Positions 25,898 to 36,720 of a stretch of DNA of 64,000 nucleotides are shown in pieces. Positions within the stretch are counted from its first letter, which is position 1. Each line of letters begins with the position of its first letter. The notes under the pieces are model-generated. The model was not told the DNA's origin and did no database searches. It saw nothing but the letters and a program-made list of their open reading frames with translations. This DNA comes from Macrostomum hystrix (lineage: Eukaryota; Animalia; Platyhelminthes). The stretch spans positions 20,460,001 to 20,524,000 of the forward strand of contig CATNEN010000038.1 of the NCBI GenBank assembly GCA_950097015.1, in the 5' to 3' direction. A program made the position numbers and the translations under genes.

Positions 25898-28360
25898 TTC
25901 CGCGAGATGAGAGATGTCAGCCTCCAAAAAATTTGACGCAGCAACCACAAGATGATCTGCGAGACACAGAAAACAGCCAGACTAAGAATATAATTACGAA
26001 GGCAGGATCTGCCAAAAGTGCAATAGGCAGAGGCAGAGAACGAAATTAATTTTCTTTTTAGATGCAGCCAGAACAGATACTCGTACAAAAATATTCCGGA
26101 AAAACATGCAATCAATGAGGCCAACCCCTATAAATGTCTTATCTCTGGTAAATTGGCAGAGAATGCGCACCTCTTCCTGTAGGCGGCATCTTCTTCCCTG
26201 ACGTGAATTAGTCGACCACCGACAATTTTAGGCCGAATTACGGGCGAATAAAAGTTACCAATTGGCGACTCTTTGTGCAGCAGATTGGCATCCAGTATGT
26301 GCCTTCTTCGCGTTTGGGATCCCTGAAGTATGGGAGAAGAACTGCAGTGTAAGTAAATCGTCAGGATGCGAGCTTTTAACTACTGCAAGCTAGGATAAAA
26401 ACATCATCAACAATAAGCAGAATTCATAAAAATACATATTGTATTTTATCTATAATATTATATATTTAAGTACTTCAGTCATCAGGTACTTAAAAAATCC
26501 ACTGGCGTACCTTTTGTTTACGAACATGCGTTTACATTGGGTAACAAAGTCAAACTTCAGAGTAAAAAGAATGCATTTTAGCATTTAAAACTTTGTCTAC
26601 AACTAACGCAATCATGTACGAGTATAAAAGCGAATTAATCGATTAGCGTCCTTTTTTATATATGAGCTATTCATAAGATACTAAAAAATTCTTTGTGTGT
26701 AAAGGATTATATACAGCTATAATTATATAGCATCGAATATTTTAGGCCCATCAAATCTGCTTTGATGTTTCCTATCACCTAAAAGTACTTTTTTATCCCA
26801 AGCACGACAAAAGTACATGACAGTAAATTATAATTTAACTTTATATTAGATGGTAATCATCCAAATTAGAAGACTCACCACGTTTGACATTGTGAGCTTT
26901 TCAAGTTGCTTTAAAAGAAACAATAAGTTTAAAGCTGTCCGTAAATAATTTGTATAAATATTTTTGTGCGATGCGACGGAATATCATTATACAAATATAG
27001 GCGAACAGTTGCACAGAGCCAAAAAGAAAATTGAAAAATAATTTTGAATGAATAATAGCATCATAGAAACTGGTTCAAACTAAAGTTGGAATAATCCTTA
27101 ACAAATATTGTGTTAAACGGTATAATAAAATGAAAAGAATATATCAGTTCTGTATTTATTATCTTTACCTATACTCTTATTTGTTATACCGTAGTGACTC
27201 CGCGTTTGTTCAAAGAAAAAACGTTTAAAAATAAGCGTTTTTTATTTCTATACGCTTAAAGTATTAAAGAAGCATGGCAAGATATCTTAGTAAAAAAGAG
27301 AGTTATAGCTAAACGCGCGTATAAAAATATTTTTGTAGCTACTTAAGCTGCATGTACAATACATTACTTGATGAACTGATTTTCAACGCACTAAATTAAA
27401 CGCTAAGAAAATAACAAAGTATAATTGCGAAGAAATCTTAAAAATGTTTGTAATTGCATTTTGTCCTAGTTAAAGTAGATAAAGTGCTTATAACTTTATT
27501 TCTAGGCTTTTTTAGAAAAAAAACTTTTTTGACGCTTCACTTTAACTTTTGACTTCAATTACTAGGATTGATTTCTTGAAAAATGTGCGATTGACCATTT
27601 CAACAGTGACGTTCGTGTGGGTTTATTTTTAAATGCAATGAAAGTTGTTACACACTCAATTGCAAATTTGTATTGTTTTTGCAGAGTTGTTACCTATGTT
27701 GAATTGACGAAAAATTAGAATCCGATCAATCTCAATCGCTGCGACCAATTAATTATGTTCTAAATCGGGTCGGTATATATAATGTGTATAGTCTAGCTAG
27801 ATTTATTTACCTAATAAATTATTGCTGGAATTTATTACTTCAGTTAAAGACTCTGTATCCATGTTATATCGCTATACTTTTTTTAAATCGAATTATGCAT
27901 GAATTGAAAAAACACCAAGCTAAAAAGGAAACAACAAACAAACATGTAGAAGCACGTTTACTCGTTAAATAGCGTATAGTCATACCTGACTTGCTGACTG
28001 ACCAAAATTCTAAAAGGTTGAGTTTTTTATGCATTGTGCCTATTGTTCTCGTTTAGCCATTGTTTTTTTATAGATCAGATTGAGTCTGAAACATGGCTTG
28101 AAATATTAAAATCTGGCTAACCAACAGTTTGTTGAATGGAAAATATCACATATTTACTTACAATATTATTGCAGATTTAAACATTTCAGTAAAATAACAT
28201 TTTTCCAAGAATCAAAACTTAGTTTTGTATTATTCGCTATTTACCTCTCTTATTTTTAAGCATTAAGTGTATGTACCTATAATGTATATTTGTATATTGC
28301 AGTTGTGTTTTAAAGTAAGACCACTAAAGTCCTAATTAAGCAGCCTGTATTAATAAATCA

Positions 28361-31300
28361 ATGGCCGGCTATGATCAAGATGATACTTTGAAGCCACTGC
28401 TGCAGATACATGGAAGAGGTAAGAAAGCAGAAAAAATTGTTGAAATCTGATGTACATTATGAAATAACTATAATTTTTTATGAAAACTGAACATCAGATG
28501 GTCAGCTTGTGCACACACCAAGGCAGTCTCGCATTGCTGTTGCCTGCATTCTATTCTGCGAGTTGTGCGAGCGACTCACCTACTATTCCATCATTGCCAA
28601 TCTGCTAATCTTCCTGCAGAATTATCTCGGCTTTGACTTGAACTCAGCTCTAACAGGCACTCTGATCTTCTCTGGCTCGGTGTACTTTACGCCAATTTTC
28701 GGCGGTTGGCTAGCCGACTCAGTGCTTGGCAGGTTCAATACACTCTACCTGTCTGGCCTGATCTATGCTGTGGGCTGTGCACTCCTGCCCACTGTAGCGT
28801 TCGACTATAAACAGTTCGGAGTGCAACTGGATCAGGTAGCTACTTTAGTCATTAAAAAATGGTTTCTTTTGCAAACCATAATATTAATAATATTAGCAAG
28901 GGGCTGTTAGCACTGGTGCGTCATTTGGTGACAGTAAACTGCAGCCAGCAAGTCTCAAGCACTATAAGATCCCAAAAAATGCTTTAATAAATCTTCTTTA
29001 AAAAGGGGGGTTCGTTGGCTGAACGGTTAATGCGTTTGCCTCTTGCGCCAAGGTCCCTGAGTTCGATTCCGCGGCGAGGGCCACATCTATTCGCTTGCTT
29101 GACGTGCAATTTACGCCCCTGAGGGCCAACCTCCAAGGCACAGCGAGAGTGTACACTGCCAGACGATGAGAAAGTCAGGGTAGATGTACACACCCTTGTG
29201 TGAGAGTGTGCCTGCGTACGGTACCTGTGTGCGTGTGTGCTCAGGAGTCAGCGAAATGGGCAGAATTGCCTCCTCGCTGGCTGCGGGTCTAGTGTCACCA
29301 AATGATGTGCCATTGCCAGCAGCCCTCCTGCAATTATTATTATAAATCTTCTTAAAAAACGTTCTAGACATCCGCAAGAGCATTTTACATCGTTGGCCTA
29401 GTGTTAGTTGCCTGTGGCACTGGTGGTATAAAGTCCAATGTAAGCACTTTCGGTGCTTTTCAGGTAAGATTTATCCACGTGTAATCTGCTTTAAATTGGC
29501 AGCATTATCTTTAATTATCTAGTCTCTATCTGTAGAGATCTAGTCTCTATTTGCATATTTAAGTCTCAATCTGTAGATATCTAGCCACAATGTGTTAAAA
29601 TCTAGTATCTTTACTCTCTAGGTGTTCATATAGTCAGTCGTGAATATATGGTCACCTAATATGAACATGTTATGCGTTTTGGTAGCCTTAGTTATCAAAT
29701 CTCAAACAATGCTTGTGAATCTATTCGTTTTAGCAACGGTTAACATCAATAAGTCCCTCACACCTCTAAAATGCACAGGTTGCCGACCTTGGCCAACGCG
29801 AAATTCAGCGCTTTTTCACCTGGTTCTACTGGTTCATCAACATCGGCTCTGGCCTGGCTTTCGCATTTGTCACCTACATTCAACAGGAGGTCTCATTCTT
29901 TGTCGGCTACTTGATCCCGGCCGTGTCAATCCTATTAGCCATCTGCCTGCTAATGCTACCCCGGTCGTGCATGACCCACGAGGCTCGACCAGTTGGCTCG
30001 CCGCTGGGCCAGCTGTTTCGAGTGATTGGCAACGCGATCTCCAGTCGGTCGACTAGCATCTACTCGCTGCCCTCCTGGCTGGACTATGCGCAGATATCTA
30101 ATGGCGGGCGGTATCCCGAGGATCTGGTCCGGGGCACCAAGCAGGTGCTTATTCTAGTACCACTCATGCTGCCTTTCATCGGATTCTGGTGCATCTACAA
30201 CCAGGTAGGGTTAGGTCTTAATCAACGGATCATTCACTTGCACAGTCCCCATACCTAAAATATTGGGTCAGCTGACCGAAAGCTATCTCAAAGCTACACC
30301 CACCTCACTCCCTGCCCCAATTTATCAGCTGACTGACACCCACCTCACTCCCTGCCCCGATTTATCAGCTGACTGACACCCACCTCACTCCCCACTCTAA
30401 TTTATCAGCTTATCGACACCCACCCAACTCCCTGCCCCAATTCATCTGATAAACAACAACCACCTCACTCTGTTCCTCCAGATGCAGAGCACCTATCTTC
30501 TACAAGCGGAACGAATGGACCTGAGCATTGGCACATTCCGCTTGCCGGCCGCATCACTGTCCCTATTTAATTCGTTGGCTATCATTTTGGTGACACCGCT
30601 GCTTGACCTTCTAGTGTTCCCAATGATTCGACGCTGCATGGGAATAACAAAGATTTCTTTGTTGAAACGCATCGGTCTAGGCTTTACACTGGCGGTGATG
30701 TCCGTTATTGTGGCCGGTTTCTTAGAAATTGAACGGAAAGCCGAATTGAGACGATCTGGTGGATTTCAACAGGAACTCTCTGGCAAATTCTACAATGCCT
30801 CCAATTTGAACATACTGCTGCAGGTGAGTGGCGGCCTTCTTCTAGACTGGATTATTACCTGTCTGTAAGACTGGATTATCTACCTGTTAGACTGGATTAT
30901 CTACCTGTTAGACTGGATTATCTACCTGTTAGACTGGATTATCTACCTCTTAGACTGGATTATCTACCTGTTAGACTGGATTATCTACCTGTTAGACTGG
31001 ATTATCTACCTGTTAGACTGGATTATCTACCTGTTAGACTGGATTATCTACCTCTTAGACTGGATTATCTACCTCTTAGACTGGATTATCTACCTGTTAA
31101 AAAAGTCCCTTTGTTATTCTACCGCAGGTTCCACAATTCTTTCTAATCGGCACTGGTGAAGTGTTTGCCGCCAGTACCGGCATGGAGCTGGTCTATAACA
31201 ACTGCCCGGATCAGCTAAAATCTGTCACAATGGGAGTTTATTTGGCAATGAACGGCTTAGGCTCTTATCTGGGCTCTCTGCTAGTAACTATAATTGCTGC

Positions 31301-31962
31301 AGCCAGCACCTCTGGTGAGCTATTTAATCACATTTCGATATGATTATCAGCGTATTGTTTCTTAATTCTAGCGATATTTATTACAAGTTTATTTTAATGG
31401 CTTATTACTGTAAATTAAAAAGTTAAACTTCAGTTACCACGCCGAGTACCTGTGTTTCAGTATACAAGCAAAAGTACAAAAAGTTAAGTAGCCAACAGAA
31501 TACAATTTAAAGTACACGAGTTGAAGTGCACGAATTAAAGTACGCCAGTTGAAGTACGCGAGTTAAAGTACACGATTTAAAGTGCAAGTTTATAAAGCTA
31601 CGAATTTCTGACCAATAGGTTGGGAGCTCGAATCTTAGCACACAAAAACATAGAAGTGAATTTTTATCCTCGATCCTCGAGTACAGACAACATAATAAAA
31701 AACCAATGCAGACCCGTGGCTGCCTGAGGACATCAACAATGGTCACCTGGAATATTTTTGCTTCCTATTAGCCGTTGTGGCCACAGTATTTCTTATTCTA
31801 TTCTTTCCTCTATCTGTGTGGTACGATCGAGCCTACAAGCGCTCTCTAGCTAGCGACAGTGATGCCGTGACGGCCACCTACACACACTACGGCAGTAACG
31901 ACGAAAATTTGAGATCTAGCGGCTCTGTTACCTTGGTTACGGGCGATTTTAGAAAGGCTTAA
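28361..31962 (+). CDS. SLC15A4-like proton-dependent oligopeptide transporter (PTR2/POT); join(28361..28418,28498..28835,29368..29463,29779..30204,30482..30823,31128..31314,31712..31962)
   Basis: ExxERxxYY motif (ELCERLTYY), GGWLADSVLGR, GTGGIKSNVSTFGA, FFTWFYWFINIG, YNQMQSTYLLQA, LKRIGLG, QVPQFFLIGTGEVF, INNGHLEYF; seven exons join in phase at GT-AG sites. Confidence 0.92.
29004..29343 (+). mobile_element. SINE family A, near full length, with target-site duplication
   Basis: A/B boxes, complete 3' domain, (ATT)n tail; ATAAATCTTCTT(T)AAAAA on both flanks. Confidence 0.9.
30295..30470. repeat. 40-bp intronic minisatellite, about 4 copies
   Basis: CACCCACCTCACTCCCTGCCCCAATTTATCAGCTGACTGA units. 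Confidence 0.85.
30842..31099. repeat. 21-bp intronic minisatellite (TAGACTGGATTATCTACCTGT), about 12 copies
   Basis: Tandem periodicity. Confidence 0.93.
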
Positions 31963-33147
31963 AAACTGGTTTCTATGCGTATAGCTAAAGACTTTAGAAT
32001 TCGTGTAGAGTTATGAACTTAATGATTTTGCCGCTTATTTTTTATGATTGCTCAAATGTGATTCAGTTTGTGAGAACATTTTTTGTTCTGCAAGGATCGA
32101 AAAAGAAGATGCGTTGATATTTTATTTGTAAAAAAGTAATGACAATTACTGATCTTTCGTGCTTTATTCTGGCTATAACTGATCGCAGATTGAGAAATGT
32201 TTTTGTCGCTTTTTGAGCAGTTTCTATTGTTTATTGCAATCATTGTTTATATTAAGAATGTCTATTCTGTCGGCTTCCATTTTGCCTTTACAAAAAATTA
32301 AAGATTCGAAATTGTTTTTTTTCTGTCTGCGAGCCCATTTTTGATCCAGTTTTAGCTATAAAGTAAAAAATTATTCTTGATTAATACGACACAGTTCATG
32401 AAGTTGCATTTTTGTGTTTTTTATTTAATTAATTTTACTGCCCTTTACTCTATTCAATAAATTTCAGCCAATCCCACTCCGCAATGTACACTCTCTTTCT
32501 GCCAACCCCACTCCTGAATGTACATCCGCTTTCAGCCAACCCCACTCCACTGTGTACACCCACTTTCAACCAACCTAAATCCACATTTTACGCTCTCTTT
32601 TCGCTAGCGAAGTAAATTGATGGTCCTTATTCACAATGATCAACAGGAACTCAATCGATTTCCGAAATACGATTAATTATTTGTTGCCAAATTACTTGCT
32701 ACACAAAATATAAGCCGATTCCATCCATGACTCTAGATTCTAAGTAAAATGGCCTAAATCAATTAATTGCCAAGTTATGCGTGTTTTAAAATACGGTGCT
32801 GCATATTTTTTAAACTTAGAAACGAAACTTAGCTCGTATTTAAGTTACGATTCAAATTAGTACCAATTGTAATTTTCAGCCATGCCTTTTTGTCAGCATT
32901 GCATCACTCAGTGCGCCAAATTTCAATCTGTACTTGTGTACTTTTACGGACGATGTCTAGTACAAGTACATTAGTAAAAAATATATTTTTTTGTCTTTTT
33001 GTGATTCTAAATGTGCCTTTAAAACGTTGAGAGAAATACTTTTGCTTATACTTTTTTTTCGAAGAAAATAGGACGCGTCACATCCCTCGTAGAAAACGAA
33101 GATACGAGTAGAATGTTACGCTCTTATCAGGTCTAAATCGTATACAA

Positions 33148-35750
33148 AGAACTGCAGCTAGAATCGTACCAAGAACTGCAGCTAGAATCGTACCAAGAAC
33201 TGTAGCTAGAATCGTACCAAGAACTGCAGCTAGAATCGTACCAAGAACTGTAGCTAGAATCGTACCAAGAACTGTAGCTAGAATCGTACCAAGAACTGTA
33301 GCTAGAATCGTACCAAGAACTGTAGCTAGAATCGTACCAAGAACTGTAGCTAGAATCGTACCAAGAACTGTAGCTAGAATCGTACCAAGAACTGTAGCTA
33401 GAATCGTACCAAGAACTGTAGCTAGAATCGTACCAAGAACTGTAGCTAGAATCGTACCAAGAACTGTAGCTAGAATCGTACCAAGAACTGTAGCTAGAAT
33501 CGTACCAAGAACTGTAGCTAGAATCGTACCAAGAACTGTAGCTAGAATCGTACCAAGAACTGTAGCTAGAATCGTACCAAGAACTGTAGCTAGAATCGTA
33601 CCAAGAACTGTAGCTAGAATCGTACCAAGAACTGTAGCTAGAATCGTACCAAGAACTGTAGCTAGAATCGTACCAAGAACTGTAGCTAGAATCGTACCAA
33701 GAACTGTAGCTAGAATCGTACCAAGAACTGTAGCTAGAATCGTACCAAGAACTGTAGCTAGAATCGTACCAAGAACTGTAGCTAGAATCGTACCAAGAAC
33801 TGTAGCTAGAATCATACCAAGAACTGTAGCTAGAATCGTACCAAGAACTGTAGCTAGAATCGTACCAAGAACTGTAGCTAGAATCGTACCAAGAACTGTA
33901 GCTAGAATCGTAATAAGAACTGTAGCTAGAATCGTACCAAGAACTGTAGATAGAATCGTACCAAGAACTGTAGATAGAGTCGTATCAAGAACTGTAGATA
34001 GTCGTATCAAGAACTGTAGCTAGAATCGTACCAAGAACTGTAGATAGAATCGTACCAAGAACTGTAGCTAGAATCGTACCAAGAACTGTAGCTAGAATCG
34101 TACCAAGAACTGTAGCTAGAATCGTACCAAGAACTGTAGCTAGAATCGTACCAAGAACTGTAGCTAGAATCGTACCAAGAACTGTAGCTAGAATCGTACC
34201 AAGAACTGTAGCTAGAATCGTACCAAGAACTGTAGCTAGAATCGTACCAAGAACTGTAGCTAGAATCGTACCAAGAACTGTAGCTAGAATCGTACCAAGA
34301 ACTGTAGCTAGAATCGTACCAAGAACTGTAGCTAGAATCGTACCAAGAACTGTAGCTAGAATCGTACCAAGAACTGTAGCTAGAATCGTACCAAGAACTG
34401 TAGCTAGAATCGTACCAAGAACTGTAGCTAGAATCATACCAAGAACTGTAGCTAGAATCGTACCAAGAACTGTAGCTAGAATCGTACCAAGAACTGTAGC
34501 TAGAATCGTACCAAGAACTGTAGCTAGAATCATACCAAGAACTGTAGCTAGAATCGTACCAAGAACTGTAGCTAGAATCGTACCAAGAACTGTAGCTAGA
34601 ATCGTACCAAGAACTGTAGCTAGAATCGTACCAAGAACTGTAGCTAGAATCGTACCAAGAACTGTAGCTAGAATCGTACCAAGAACTGTAGCTAGAATCG
34701 TACCAAGAACTGTAGCTAGAATCGTACCAAGAACTGTAGCTAGAATCGTACCAAGAACTGTAGCTAGAATCGTACCAAGAACTGTAGCTAGAATCGTACC
34801 AAGAACTGTAGCTAGAATCGTACCAAGAACTGTAGCTAGAATCGTACCAAGAACTGTAGCTAGAATCGTACCAAGAACTGTAGCTAGAATCGTACCAAGA
34901 ACTGTAGCTAGAATCGTACCAAGAACTGTAGCTAGAATCGTACCAAGAACTGTAGCTAGAATCGTACCAAGAACTGTAGCTAGAATCGTACCAAGAACTG
35001 TAGCTAGAATCGTACCAAGAACTGTAGCTAGAATCGTACCAAGAACTGTAGCTAGAATCATACCAAGAACTGTAGCTAGAATCGTACCAAGAACTGTAGC
35101 TAGAATCGTACCAAGAACTGTAGCTAGAATCGTACCAAGAACTGTAGCTAGAATCGTAATAAGAACTGTAGCTAGAATCGTACCAAGAACTGTAGATAGA
35201 ATCGTACCAAGAACTGTAGATAGAGTCGTATCAAGAACTGTAGATAGTCGTATCAAGAACTGTAGCTAGAATCGTACCAAGAACTGTAGATAGAATCGTA
35301 CCAAGAACTGTAGCTAGAATCGTACCAAGAACTGTAGCTAGAATCGTACCAAGAACTGTAGCTAGAATCGTACCAAGAACTGTAGCTAGAATCATACCAA
35401 GAACTGTAGCTAGAATCGTACCAAGAACTGTAGCTAGAATCGTACCAAGAACTGTAGCTAGAATCGTACCAAGAACTGTAGCTAGAATCGTAATAAGAAC
35501 TGTAGCTAGAATCGTACCAAGAACTGTAGATAGAATCGTACCAAGAACTGTAGATAGAGTCGTATCAAGAACTGTAGATAGTCGTATCAAGAACTGTAGC
35601 TAGAATCGTACCAAGAACTGTAGATAGAATCGTACCAAGAACTGTAGCTAGAATCGTACCAAGAACTGTAGATAGAATCGTACCAAGAACTGTAGATAGA
35701 ATCGTACCAAGAACTGTAGATAGAAGCGTACCAAGAACAGTAGCTAAAAT
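33148..35750. repeat. 24-bp satellite (AAGAACTGTAGCTAGAATCGTACC), about 108 copies, with higher-order blocks
   Basis: Near-identical units; accounts for the TILATVLG ORFs. Confidence 0.97.
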
Positions 35751-36198
35751 CACAGCAGCTAGAAATCCGGATTTACACAGAATTTAAATGAAATATTGAG
35801 CTATAGTCTTTGAACCTTAAGCTTTATCATTAAATTTATTTTTATCCTACTAAAATTTGACTATTGAAGAAATTAAATATCGATAACAACGGAAAGCGCA
35901 TTAAAATTGTTATATCATTAAACTCGATCAGATAAGTAGAATGAGCACACAATATATTAAACATACTCGTAATTATACGAGTAGATTTTGCACAGCTTGA
36001 AATAAAAAGTTCTGTTTGATCATCTCCTCAGAGAAACGAAAAGTATTACTAATCCTAAATTAATTCGTCACTTTATTACACTACTTATAAAACAATTTCT
36101 ATCGTAGCAAGAGTAGTGTGTTTAGCAGAGTAATTTACTCCCGTTTAAAATACAATTTAAATTGAAATGAAAAAATCGTGTCCTTGCTCAGGATAAAA

Positions 36199-36243
36199 TC
36201 ATGGCAGATAGCCTAAAGCACTAGCAAAGTCAAATTGCTCAGA

Positions 36244-36294
<51 letters not shown>

Positions 36295-36397
36295 AAACTG
36301 AAATCGATCTGGCTGAACAGAGGTTGCCTCGTTTCTACTCGTACTAGATGCAGATCTATTTATTTTTTCTTGCTGTTGTGGAATTGACGATTTCGGA

Positions 36398-36438
<41 letters not shown>

Positions 36439-36670
36439 AGCATTGTCCAGTCGAGTGGTAGGAAACACTCGAGCCACCGGACGGCTATTTCTGTCGTCTG
36501 ACGAGCCGAGACCGGCCCCGGAAAGCTGAGGCATCCTCTGCAGCTGGTGCAGATATCGCAGACTATCTGGGTCAGACGCTGAAGGCAGCTGAGCTGCCGC
36601 TGGCTGCTGCTTGAACCGCTCAAAGCGACTGACTAAGCTGGCAACACTGTGAGGCTCTTCAGCCTGTGCT

Positions 36671-36720
<50 letters not shown>

